From Candidatus Omnitrophota bacterium (GTDB lineage: Bacteria; Omnitrophota; Gorgyraeia; Tantalellales; Tantalellaceae), in contig SLID01000091.1 in assembly GCA_007135805.1 (NCBI GenBank), forward strand, positions 1 through 52,775: DNA of 52,775 nt, in the 5' to 3' direction. A program made the translations under genes and the position numbers. The notes beneath the pieces were generated by a model, which was not told the origin of the DNA, ran no database searches, and worked only from the letters and a program-made list of their open reading frames with translations. This document shows, in pieces, positions 15,891-24,297 of this stretch; position 1 is the stretch's first letter; each line of letters begins with the position of its first letter.

Positions 15891-15919
15891 ATTGTACTCG
15901 TTTTGAGAACATATGTCAA
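15891..15919 (-). promoter_or_regulatory. sigma70-type promoter of the MNT-HEPN operon, flanked by direct repeats
   Basis: Minus strand reads TTGACA-17 nt-TACAAT. The 11-mer TGTTCTCAAAA occurs twice, within the spacer and just downstream of the -10 (candidate operator). Confidence 0.55.
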
Positions 15920-15982
15920 GTTGAAAGTCCGTCAAAACGGAGATGCCGTGAGATAATTACCTATAGGGTTTCTCGGTGTCCC

Positions 15983-16150
15983 GGGAAACCAGCATTAAAT
16001 GGCGGGATTTTCGTTCTTTTTCAAAATAATGGGGACGGTTCTTATTTTGCGCTATTGAGACTACATTTGTTGCGTAAGCACTCTCTCTTCTTTATATGTG
16101 CATTTACATCATATTTCGTTTCTTTATAAGGACTTGACCAACACGTCTGA
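15983..16150 (+). repeat. dispersed direct repeat, copy 3 (127-bp core 16024-16150 plus left extension)
   Basis: Full-length alignment with copies 1 and 2 in the same orientation. Confidence 0.9.
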
Positions 16151-16296
16151 ACGCATCCGCCATAGCGAACACCGGAGATTTAGGATACTCCTCTCCCCGA
16201 TAGGGAGAAATCTAAACTATAAGAGTAATTTTTAGGTTCAATTTCAGTCCCCGCGCCTAACACATGTGCTTTTCAGCTACAACATGGGTCTTATTC

Positions 16297-16389
16297 CTAT
16301 TTGTTCTTTTTTGAATCTATCTTTTTGTTTTTGGCGCTCTTTGCCTGCTTTTTGAGTTTATCCTTATCCTTCTGACCTTTGTCACCCAT
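16297..16389 (-). CDS. 30-aa lysine-rich micropeptide (MGDKGQKDKDKLKKQAKSAKNKKIDSKKNK)
   Basis: ATG lies 5 nt after a strong GGAGGAG. It falls below the 60-aa ORF cutoff and has no homology I can recognise. Confidence 0.3.
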   Translation of the reverse strand: MGDKGQKDKDKLKKQAKSAKNKKIDSKKNK

Positions 16390-16512
16390 GATACTCCTCC
16401 TCGTTAGTTTTTATCTCCGCCGGTGATAGTATTTAATACACGTCGGAGACTAATCACATCTACCATTGTACCGCCTTAAACTTTTAAGTCAACCTGCCCC
16501 TCTGTAAACGGT

Positions 16513-16570
16513 CGGGCACGAAAATGAAAGATCTTCAGACTAGAACCCAAAAATAGGTGTGACCCCTTTT
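16513..16570 (+). repeat. 58-bp repeat, copy B (second repeat family)
   Basis: Matches 13973-14030 (4 mismatches). Confidence 0.85.
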
Positions 16571-16704
16571 TTTCCTGGTGTAAGTTGTTTTTGATAAACA
16601 GGATATGCCTTATTTATAACGTTTTTAGAGATGTTTTTCTTGTTTAATTGTCCCCCTCCATTATGGCCTCGAACTTTTCGAAATTCAAAGTACACGATAA
16701 GTTG

Positions 16705-16746
16705 TTGACAAAACCTTCATCGTAAAGTATACTTTACATGTGTAAA
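16705..16746 (+). promoter_or_regulatory. sigma70-type promoter with overlapping palindromic operator
   Basis: TTGACA (16705-16710), 17-nt spacer, TATACT (16728-16733). The palindrome TTTACA-TG-TGTAAA (16733-16746) lies immediately downstream, 32 nt before the 16778 ATG. Confidence 0.6.
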
Positions 16747-16777
16747 TAAAGTTTTACATAAAAGCGCCGGAGTCTTT

Positions 16778-17437
16778 ATGGAAGATTTGCTTACTGACGT
16801 TCTCAACAGCGAAATTAAAGTCAAAGTTTTGCGCCTATTCGCGTCGCGACTGGAGGGTTATCATGCTACGGGGCGGGAGGTGGCCCGTATAGTGGGTACA
16901 ACCGCGCCGACGGCCCATGCTGCGCTAAAAGACCTTTACTCCTTTCATATCCTTAATTACGAAGTCAGCGGAAAAAACCATCTCTACAGCCTTAACCGAA
17001 AGACCAGAATAGTTCAAGAAATACTTCTTCCCATGTTCCAAAAAGAAAATGCCTTTAAACAAGACGTCTTCGAATTTCTAAAGACCTTGCTCTCAAAAAA
17101 ACATAAGCTGAAGGACGTAGTCTCCATCCTTCTTTACGGAAGCCAGCAAACCGGAAGCTCTGGTTCCTCTAGCGATGTTGATATTGCTGTCATTGTTAAA
17201 AATGAAAATGACGTCAAAGTCATGGAAGCCCTGTTTGTCGAAGAAATATCTTCTTCTTTTTATGATTATTTTGGCGTATCATTGGATGCGTATATAAAAA
17301 CGCAAAAAGATTTCACTGATCGGCTAAACAACAATTTGCCCCCGGTTTCAACATTAATCAAATCGTACAGTGTTATTTACGGAGAAGACCCTATCAACTT
17401 TAGAAAACTCTCTAAAACAGCTGGGGACACACCTTAA
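16778..17437 (+). CDS. winged-HTH plus nucleotidyltransferase protein (paralogous architecture to 15297-15869, no HEPN partner)
   Basis: wHTH-like ATGREVARIVGTTAPTAHAALKDL, then NTase motif LLYGSQQTGSSGSSSDVDIAVIV. Confidence 0.65.
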   Translation: MEDLLTDVLNSEIKVKVLRLFASRLEGYHATGREVARIVGTTAPTAHAALKDLYSFHILNYEVSGKNHLYSLNRKTRIVQEILLPMFQKENAFKQDVFEFLKTLLSKKHKLKDVVSILLYGSQQTGSSGSSSDVDIAVIVKNENDVKVMEALFVEEISSSFYDYFGVSLDAYIKTQKDFTDRLNNNLPPVSTLIKSYSVIYGEDPINFRKLSKTAGDTP

Positions 17438-17595
17438 TGTTGATACTGAGGAGGCATCTATGAATAGATATTATGCCGACGAACGTATAAATTGGAGAAA
17501 ACCATGACCGCTAAAAAAAGACAAACAAAGCAAGAAGACAGGTGTTACACTTGCAACATAGTTGTTACATTTTTAGATATTCCTTACTTTCGGAT

Positions 17596-17624
17596 TTGAC
17601 GATTTCCTTACAATATGGTATACT
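17596..17624 (+). promoter_or_regulatory. sigma70-type promoter of the AbrB/RelE-like pair
   Basis: TTGACG, 17-nt spacer, TATACT with TGG immediately upstream (extended -10). GGAGGTG SD lies before the 17643 ATG. Confidence 0.55.
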
Positions 17625-17642
17625 TGTAGTGGAGGTGAAATC

Positions 17643-17897
17643 ATGACAATTACTTTAACCGCTAAAAACCAGATAACGATACCCAGTAAGATAGCAAAGA
17701 CTCTTGGACTAAAAAAGGGGGCTTTATTTACCATTCAAGTCCACAAAAATAAGATCGAGCTGGTTCCGGTGGAAATACGAGAAAAAGTGTTCAGCCCTGA
17801 GGTCTATAGTAAATTAGAGGCTTTGACTGCCCAGGAAAAAGGTAAGGAGAAAAAAATAACAAAATCTTTTATCAATGGTCTTAAAGCCGGGAAATAG
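17643..17897 (+). CDS. AbrB/MazE/SpoVT-family antitoxin
   Basis: 84 aa. N-terminal LTAKNQITIPSKIAKTLGLKKG is a swapped-hairpin (SpoVT/AbrB) signature. The stop lies 3 nt before the next ORF. Confidence 0.7.
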   Translation: MTITLTAKNQITIPSKIAKTLGLKKGALFTIQVHKNKIELVPVEIREKVFSPEVYSKLEALTAQEKGKEKKITKSFINGLKAGK

Positions 17898-17900
17898 TCG

Positions 17901-18203
17901 ATGTCCTTATACCTTTACTATCGGCCATCTTTTAATCGCAGCGTTAAACGCCTTGGGTCAAGTCAGAAAAAAATTGTAGGAACAATCCTTGAGGCCTTGG
18001 ATATCTATTATTCCTCTAATTGTTCTTTGTCGGAAGCTCGTCAAATAGCCCCGAGGTTCTTTTATAAGCAATTGCGAAAACCTTACTATGAGGCCGGAAT
18101 CAAAGGAAACATGAGGGTTGTACTTCGTAGAGAGGGTAGTAATTGTATAGCGATCCTCGCGGGCAACCATGATCAGATCGAACAATTCCTGTCCCAAGTT
18201 TAA
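17901..18203 (+). CDS. RelE/ParE-superfamily-like toxin
   Basis: 100 aa, tightly coupled to the antitoxin gene. F-x-x-S-V-K-R-L near the N-terminus and a RVVLRREGSNCIAILAGNHDQ strand-turn-strand tail resemble RelE/ParE folds. Confidence 0.5.
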   Translation: MSLYLYYRPSFNRSVKRLGSSQKKIVGTILEALDIYYSSNCSLSEARQIAPRFFYKQLRKPYYEAGIKGNMRVVLRREGSNCIAILAGNHDQIEQFLSQV

Positions 18204-18442
18204 ATTTTCCCATGCTCTACCATTGAACGAAGATAAACCGGAGATGAACGGGCCTCTTATCTACCAGATTTTTAGTCAATATCGACTTTCGCCTCTATTC
18301 TTCCCGACTATCTCTATCCGCATATGGCCATTATAGCGAAAACACGGGGTTGACTACGGGAAGTTGACTAAAGGCGGTTTTAGAGATCCTCTCGACGCGG
18401 CCTGAGCAAGTGAAACTCATCGAGGCCTTGCTCGGGATTTCA

Positions 18443-18724
18443 TTAGTCTCTTGATTTGGTGGAAAGTTCTATTAATTTGGCTTTGTTACCTTCGATCAAA
18501 GCCAGCTTTTTCTGGCGGGACCAGCGTTTTAGTTCGTGTTCACGTTTTAGTGCTGAATTTTTTGTTTCGTGGGATTCGGAGAAGACTATTTTTACGGGGC
18601 GGCGGGATCGGGTGTATTTGCTGGCTTTGCCTCTGTTGTGGTAATTTAGCCTTTCTGTAAGGCTTTTGGTGACGCCGGTATAGAGAGACTTGTCTTTGCA
18701 TTCGAGGATGTAGACGTGCCACAT
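18443..18724 (-). CDS. GIY-YIG nuclease family protein (YhbQ/UPF0213-like)
   Basis: WHVYILECKDKSLYTGVTKSLTERLNYHNRG...ALKREHELKRWSRQKK. Start placed at the internal ATG (18724). The track ORF's 15-codon extension to 18769 overlaps a repeat hairpin and the putative promoter. Confidence 0.75.
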   Translation of the reverse strand: MWHVYILECKDKSLYTGVTKSLTERLNYHNRGKASKYTRSRRPVKIVFSESHETKNSALKREHELKRWSRQKKLALIEGNKAKLIELSTKSRD

Positions 18725-18744
18725 GATTGGATTATACCATCTTT

Positions 18745-18952
18745 TTGTCGGAACTGGCCCTTCGGACAATATTTTTCCCCTGTAAAAATCTTGCCCTCAG
18801 GACCAAAAATAAAAATCCCGGGGATTGTTCCCCCGGCTACACTCTTTTTATAGGTGTTGGCCCTTCGGGGAAAATTTTCTTCTTGTGAAAATTTTTCCCT
18901 CAGGACCAGTTATAAAAAAAGGCAGGGTTGTTCCCCTGCCTTTTTTTATAAC
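18745..18952. repeat. tandem duplication (about 100-bp unit x2) of a two-hairpin module 3' of tRNA-Lys
   Basis: Each unit is TGGCCCTTCGG..AT-rich palindrome..CCCTCAGGACCA followed by a GC stem with a shared TTGTT centre. Unit 1 stem: CCGGGG/CCCCGG. Unit 2 stem: GGCAGGG/CCCTGCC. Confidence 0.7.
18914..18947. terminator. bidirectional intrinsic terminator
   Basis: A7-GGCAGGG-TTGTTC-CCCTGCC-T7, located 5 nt downstream of the tRNA-Lys 3' end. Confidence 0.7.
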
Positions 18953-19028
18953 TGGTGAGCCGCCTTGGACTCGAACCAAGCACCCACGCCTTAAAAGGGC
19001 GTTGCTCTACCGGATGAGCTAGCGGCCC
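18953..19028 (-). tRNA. tRNA-Lys (anticodon UUU), CCA encoded
   Basis: Minus strand GGGCCGCTAGCTCATCCGGTAGAGCAACGCCCTTTTAAGGCGTGGGTGCTTGGTTCGAGTCCAAGGCGGCTCACCA folds as a cloverleaf. The anticodon loop is CTTTTAA. Confidence 0.9.
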
Positions 19029-19047
19029 GGAATGTGTTTTGGGAAGT

Positions 19048-19614
19048 TTATCCCTTTATCTCGTTCTCTTTTTCGGTAAGGGCTTCGTCGATCTTCTTTA
19101 TGTACTCGTCCGTGATCTTCTGCACCTTTTCCTTCGCCAGGAATTTGTCGTCCTCGGTGAAGAGCTTGTCTTTTTCAAGCTTTATGCCTTCTTCGTTGGC
19201 ATGATGGCGCGTGTTACGTATTGATATCCTGCCTTCTTCAGCCATCTTGTGAAGGACTTTTACCAGTTCGTCTCTCCTCTCCTGCGTGAGCTGAGGCATG
19301 GAAAGGCGGATGAACTTGCCGTCATTGGTCGGCGTTATGCCTATATCCGAGGCCATTATGGCTTTTTCGATCTCGGATACGGAACCCTTGTCCCATGGCT
19401 GTATTACCAGAAGACGGGGTTCGGGGGCCGAAACGGTTGCCAGCTGTTTTAACGGGGTTTTGGTCCCGTAATAGTCCACCTTGACGGTTTCTACCAGGCT
19501 GGGATGAGCCCTGCCCGTGCGGATCGTGGCAAACTGTTTTTTGACCGCCTCAAAGGCGGCTTCCATCTTGCGTTCGCTTTCTTTTGTGATCCTGTCGATA
19601 TCGGTCTGATACAT
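19048..19614 (-). CDS. frr: ribosome recycling factor
   Basis: 188 aa. Matches RRF throughout (FATIRTGRAHPSLVE, LSMPQLTQERRDELVK). Confidence 0.95.
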   Translation of the reverse strand: MYQTDIDRITKESERKMEAAFEAVKKQFATIRTGRAHPSLVETVKVDYYGTKTPLKQLATVSAPEPRLLVIQPWDKGSVSEIEKAIMASDIGITPTNDGKFIRLSMPQLTQERRDELVKVLHKMAEEGRISIRNTRHHANEEGIKLEKDKLFTEDDKFLAKEKVQKITDEYIKKIDEALTEKENEIKG

Positions 19615-19635
19615 AGGCCACCTCTCTGATTGCGT

Positions 19636-20355
19636 TTACCTTATAACAGTGCCGATCTTGTCGCCGTTTACGGCTTTTTTAATGTTGCCCGTTTTATTTA
19701 TGTCAAAGACCACTATCGGCAGACGGTTTTCCATGCATAAACTGACAGCGGTAGCGTCCATTACACGTAAATTCTTTTTCAGTACCTGCAGGTAAGTCAG
19801 TTCTTTGAACTTTTTAGCGTCTTTGTGCTTTACAGGGTCTTTGGAGTAAACACCGTCAACTTTAGTGGCTTTGAGTATCAGATCCGCGTTAATCTCGACG
19901 GCTCTCAGCGCCGCGGCGGTATCGGTGGTGAAATAGGGGTTACCCGTACCGCATACAAAGATCACCACTCTTCCCTTTTCCAGATGACGGACTGCCCTGC
20001 GCCTTATGTAAAGCTCGGCGAGTTCCCTTATCTCGATCGCCGTAAGTACCCGCGTATCAACGTCTATTTTTTCCAGGGCGTCCTGAAGGGCCAGGCCGTT
20101 AAGCATCGTAGCGAGCATGCCCATGTAATCGGCTGTCGACCTGTCCATTCCCGAAGCCGCCGCGGTAAGGCCCCTGAAAATGTTGCCTCCGCCTATTACA
20201 ACCGCTACCTCTGTGCCACCGCTCCGGGCTGATTTTATCTGCCTGGCGATCGACTCGTTGACATCCGGGTCTATGCCGAAACTCATGCCGCCCATCAGCG
20301 CTTCCCCGCTTATCTTAAGGACTACCCGTTTAGGTTTCCCGAGCCTGGCTGGCAT
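19636..20355 (-). CDS. pyrH: UMP kinase
   Basis: 239 aa. [21 protein letters not shown], and the pyrH-frr synteny. Confidence 0.95.
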   Translation of the reverse strand: MPARLGKPKRVVLKISGEALMGGMSFGIDPDVNESIARQIKSARSGGTEVAVVIGGGNIFRGLTAAASGMDRSTADYMGMLATMLNGLALQDALEKIDVDTRVLTAIEIRELAELYIRRRAVRHLEKGRVVIFVCGTGNPYFTTDTAAALRAVEINADLILKATKVDGVYSKDPVKHKDAKKFKELTYLQVLKKNLRVMDATAVSLCMENRLPIVVFDINKTGNIKKAVNGDKIGTVIR

Positions 20356-20389
20356 TGGCGGCCTCCCCGCGGTCGTTTTAGCGTAAGTT

Positions 20390-20980
20390 TTATTCTGATT
20401 CCCCTATCTCGAACCTGGAGAACCTCTTAACAACTATGTTCTCCCCTATCTTGGAGATGGCCTCAGTGACAAGGTCCCGCACCTTAACATCGGGATCTTT
20501 GATGTACGGCTGTTCGAGAAGACATGCCTCGGAATAATATTTTTCGAGTTTACCCTCGATGATCTTGTTCTGAACATCTTCGGGTTTGTCTTTTATCTGC
20601 GCTCTGAAAATCTCTTTTTCTTTGTCGATAGCTTCCTGAGGCACCTGGCTTCTTTCAACATAAAGAGGGTGAGACGCGGCTACCTGCATGGCTATATTCC
20701 TGGTAAGTTCACGGAAATCATCTGTCCTTGCCACAAAATCGGTTTCACAATTGACTTCCAGGAGGACGCCTATACGGTCTCCCTTATGCACATAGCTCTC
20801 TATCACGCCCTGCCCAGCCACACGATCTGTCTTTTTGGCGGCTTTGGCTATGCCTTTTTTCCTGAGTATCTCTATGGCCTTGGCTACATCTCCGCCAGCC
20901 TCTTTTAACGCCTCTTTACACTCCATCATTCCGGCGGACGTTTTGAACCTCAAGTCTTTTACAGCGTCAAGTATGCTCAT
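20390..20980 (-). CDS. tsf: elongation factor Ts (short form)
   Basis: [31 protein letters not shown] is the UBA-like EF-Ts N-terminus. Start set at the internal ATG 20980 with an AGGAG SD; the track ORF extends to 21049 and overlaps rpsB. Confidence 0.9.
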   Translation of the reverse strand: MSILDAVKDLRFKTSAGMMECKEALKEAGGDVAKAIEILRKKGIAKAAKKTDRVAGQGVIESYVHKGDRIGVLLEVNCETDFVARTDDFRELTRNIAMQVAASHPLYVERSQVPQEAIDKEKEIFRAQIKDKPEDVQNKIIEGKLEKYYSEACLLEQPYIKDPDVKVRDLVTEAISKIGENIVVKRFSRFEIGESE

Positions 20981-21045
20981 TGTTTTTCTCCTGTGCTTAT
21001 TGGATCGTATTCTTTTCGCCGTCAGCCCGGTCCGGGTGACGGATA

Positions 21046-22002
21046 TCAACTATCCAGCTTTATATCTCCCGCCGGAGCGTCCTCGGTATCTTTTTCCTCG
21101 TCCTTACGAGATTCCGGAAGAGGCGCGTCTTCAGCGGCAACTTTTTCTTCTTCGACAGGTTCGGCAATGTCTTCGGTAGTTTCCTGCCCGGGAGAACTTT
21201 CCTCGGAAGGCGCCTCCGGCTCATCGGCCGGTGTTTCGGCGGCGGGCTCTTCTTTCTCTTTCCCGGCCTCGCTTGCTACGGTTCTCATGTCTTTAACCTG
21301 TTTGCCTTCGGCCGACTCTTTTACGCCCCGCTCTACCGCGCTGGCGATCTGGGACACGATATACTCGATGGACCTTATGGCATCGTCATTCCCGGGTATG
21401 GGATGATCAACGACGTTAGGATCGCAGTTAGTATCAATAAGAGCTATTACGGGAAGTCCCAGTTTCCGGGCCTCTTTTATGGCTATATCCTCAAGCTCCG
21501 CGTCGACCACGAATACGGCATCCGGAATTCTCTGCATGTCCCTTATCCCGGCGAGGTTCTTCAGAAGCTTGTTCTCCTCACGGTCAATACGGGCCTTTTC
21601 CTTTTTGGCGTACTCATTGTACATTTCACTGGCTTTGACTTCCTGGAGATGGTTCAGCCGGTCGACACTTTTCCGTACGGTGTTGAAATTAGTTAGGCAT
21701 CCCCCAAGCCACCTTTCGTCGACATAAAACATCCCGCATCTCTGGGCTTCACGTTTTATTATCGTTTTTGCCTGTTTTTTTGTACCCACGAACAGTATTG
21801 TTTTTCCGGAAGCGGACAGTTCGTGAGCGAATTCCATAGCTTTTGTCAGCGCTTCTTCGGTCTTTCTGAGGTCGATTATGTATATCCCGTTCTTTTCCCC
21901 AAAAATGTACTTTTCCATTTTTGGATGCCACTTGTTGGTCTGATGGCCAAAATGGACCCCATTGGCCAAGAGGTCTTTTATCATCTGCGTAGCTACTGTC
22001 AC
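21046..22002 (-). CDS. rpsB: 30S ribosomal protein S2 with an acidic C-terminal extension of about 80 aa
   Basis: [22 protein letters not shown] start with a GGAG SD. The tail is rich in E/D/P/A. Confidence 0.95.
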   Translation of the reverse strand: MTVATQMIKDLLANGVHFGHQTNKWHPKMEKYIFGEKNGIYIIDLRKTEEALTKAMEFAHELSASGKTILFVGTKKQAKTIIKREAQRCGMFYVDERWLGGCLTNFNTVRKSVDRLNHLQEVKASEMYNEYAKKEKARIDREENKLLKNLAGIRDMQRIPDAVFVVDAELEDIAIKEARKLGLPVIALIDTNCDPNVVDHPIPGNDDAIRSIEYIVSQIASAVERGVKESAEGKQVKDMRTVASEAGKEKEEPAAETPADEPEAPSEESSPGQETTEDIAEPVEEEKVAAEDAPLPESRKDEEKDTEDAPAGDIKLDS

Positions 22003-22201
22003 GGTCTTCTCCTTTGTTTCCGGCCTCTCCTACGGGTAACGTACGGGATTACAACCCACCCTCGCAAAGCGGTGGGCATCCCGAACCCGCAAGCGGCACT
22101 TTGAATTTACATGAAAAATGAACCTGCTCGAACGACTATTATATAGAAAAAGCGGTTAATTGCAAGGATTTTTGTGCCGTATCCGGATCGGGGAACGACC
22201 T

Positions 22202-24037
22202 TTATGCCTGTTGGGGACTTACATCCCTGAACTGCATATTATATAGTTTTTTATATAGGGGGCTTGTGGTTAAAAGTTCGTCATGTTTTCCAGCGTCGAC
22301 TATACGCCCTTCGTTTATGACCACTATCTTGTCGGCATGTTTTACGGTACTCAACCTGTGGGCGATAACGATAACGGTACGCCCCTCCAAGAGATTATTT
22401 ATGGCCTCCTGGACAAGCTGTTCGCTCTCGGTATCAAGCTGAGAAGTGGCCTCATCAAAAATAAGTATCGGGGGGTTCTTATATATAGCCCTGGCAATAG
22501 CTATCCTTTGTCTCTGTCCCCCGGATATTTTGAGACCTCTCTCACCTATTACTGTATCGTATCCCTTGGGAAACTCTTTTATGAACATATGGGCATTGGC
22601 GGCCTTCGCGACAGAGGTAAGCTGGCGCTCATCCACGTCCAGATGCCCGTAACTGATATTTGTCTTTACGGTGTCGTTGAATAGAAGCGTTTCCTGGGTC
22701 ACAAGCCCTATCTTGTCGCGCAGAGATCTCACGTTCAGTTCGCGTATATCTTTTCCGTCTATGTTGACCGTCCCTGTATCCGGGTCGTAAAACCTGGGTA
22801 TGAGGTTTACCAAAGTGCTTTTCCCCCCGCCGGAAGGGCCAACAAGAGCCACTATCTCGCCCTTTTTCACCGTAAGGTCTACATCCTTGAGAACAAATTC
22901 TTTGTCGTATTTAAAAGATATCCCCTTAAGTGATATTTCTTTCTCGAAAGTTTCAAGAGGCGGGGCGTTGGGGTCTTCTTTTATGCTTACCGGCGTATCG
23001 TACAGCTGAAAAATACGTTCCGCGGCGGCTAAAGCTCTCTGGTTTATACCATATACGTTGCCGAGTTTTTTAAAAGGTTTCATCAAAGAAAAAATAGCCG
23101 CCAGAAACGCCGCGAAAACGCCGAATGAAAGTTCACCCGTTATCATACTGCGACCGGCTATCCAGAGTATGACAGCGACGCATGCCACCATCATGCTCTC
23201 AGTGAGGGGGCTTACTGTTTTCATCCTTTTTATGGATTTCATGCTGAGCTTGTAATATTCCTGGTTGCGGCGCCTGAATTCGGCGCACTCGTAATCTTCC
23301 ATCCCGAAAGATTTAACGAGTTTTATACCGGAAATGGTCTCGAGAAGCATGTTGTTTATGCCTCCCGCCTGTTCCTGCGAGCTGTGGCTTATTTTTCTCA
23401 GCTTTTTCCCTATCCGGATAACGGGGTATAATATGAGCGGAAAAACCACAAGGCTGACCAAAATAAAGCTCCAGGGAACCCCTCCGTATATCTTGAGCCC
23501 GACAAGAAGTACCACGTAAAACACGATCTCAATGGGTTGTGAAAAGGTATCCGCCACACCGCTGCCGATAGAATCCCTTATGACCGCCGCGTCATGGGTT
23601 ATCCGTGACATCAGCTTCCCTGTAGGATTATGGCTGAAGAAATCCATGGACAAGTTCTGGAGTTTTCTGTAAATATCGTTCTTTACATCCCTAATGACCC
23701 TTTCGCTTACATCTCCCATAAGGTAGTTCTTCAGATATTCGAATACGCCTTTCAAAAGAAATATTACCACTACCATACCGGTCATTATGTTAAGAAGCTG
23801 TATACGGGGCAGGGCGTTGACCTTGTCTATCATTACCTGTATCATCTGGGGAATGGCTACGCCTTCAGGGGGTATTATGTCTTTTCCGCTTATTACTTTG
23901 TCTATGAGAGGTATTATCAGAGCTATGGGTGAGGCGCTGAAAGCCGAAGACATGACCATGCACGCCACGGCCGCCAGGAAGACCCAGCCGTGGGGCAGTA
24001 AAAGCTTTATGAATCTCGCGTATGTTTTCATCGGCAA
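22202..24037 (-). CDS. msbA: ABC transporter permease/ATPase, MsbA-like lipid A exporter
   Basis: 611 aa. It has a 6-TM N-terminal half, Walker A GPSGGGKST, signature LSGGQRQR and Walker B ILIFDEATS. It neighbours lpx genes. The MsbA assignment is an inference from context. Confidence 0.7.
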   Translation of the reverse strand: MPMKTYARFIKLLLPHGWVFLAAVACMVMSSAFSASPIALIIPLIDKVISGKDIIPPEGVAIPQMIQVMIDKVNALPRIQLLNIMTGMVVVIFLLKGVFEYLKNYLMGDVSERVIRDVKNDIYRKLQNLSMDFFSHNPTGKLMSRITHDAAVIRDSIGSGVADTFSQPIEIVFYVVLLVGLKIYGGVPWSFILVSLVVFPLILYPVIRIGKKLRKISHSSQEQAGGINNMLLETISGIKLVKSFGMEDYECAEFRRRNQEYYKLSMKSIKRMKTVSPLTESMMVACVAVILWIAGRSMITGELSFGVFAAFLAAIFSLMKPFKKLGNVYGINQRALAAAERIFQLYDTPVSIKEDPNAPPLETFEKEISLKGISFKYDKEFVLKDVDLTVKKGEIVALVGPSGGGKSTLVNLIPRFYDPDTGTVNIDGKDIRELNVRSLRDKIGLVTQETLLFNDTVKTNISYGHLDVDERQLTSVAKAANAHMFIKEFPKGYDTVIGERGLKISGGQRQRIAIARAIYKNPPILIFDEATSQLDTESEQLVQEAINNLLEGRTVIVIAHRLSTVKHADKIVVINEGRIVDAGKHDELLTTSPLYKKLYNMQFRDVSPQQA

Positions 24038-24297
24038 AATCGGTACTTAAGATGGGGCTTCTTCCCCGGATCACATTAAAACAGAGTCGATTCTACCACA
24101 TCGCCCCGCCCTTGTCGATGTCTTTCCCCGGGCTTGTCAATAAACCCCTTTCGGGTAATCCGCGCCTTACAAACGTCCCGGAACAACAATTACGAGCCGG
24201 GGCCCTTCCGTAACGTTTCTCGGATATCCTTGCCTGGGACTTTCAATGGTGTTATAATCTCATGGAATAATCTCGCTGAAAAAGGGAGCTCGGCTAA

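Noticed and set aside
14185-15982. Idea that the pRiA4b/HEPN/MNT block is a simple inversion of a cassette once driven by the degenerate promoter/palindrome at 14159-14184.
   Set aside because: The block has its own strong promoter (TTGACA-17-TACAAT at 15891-15919) with a different operator. I found no inverted repeats at the two putative inversion endpoints.
3421-16150. Possibility that the 127-bp repeats are integron attC sites (their length is similar to VCR-type attC) and that the island is a cassette array.
   Set aside because: The repeat has no internal imperfect inverted symmetry (no R''/L''-L'/R' pairing). I could find no RYYYAAC...GTTRRRY core pair, no intI gene is present, and cargo genes face both directions.
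20981-21049. N-terminal extensions of track ORFs: tsf to 21049, hisG to 46887, rpsF to 34487, MNT to 15935, GIY-YIG to 18769.
   Set aside because: In each case an internal ATG with a good SD gives the family-typical N-terminus. The extensions overlap upstream genes, promoters or repeat hairpins.
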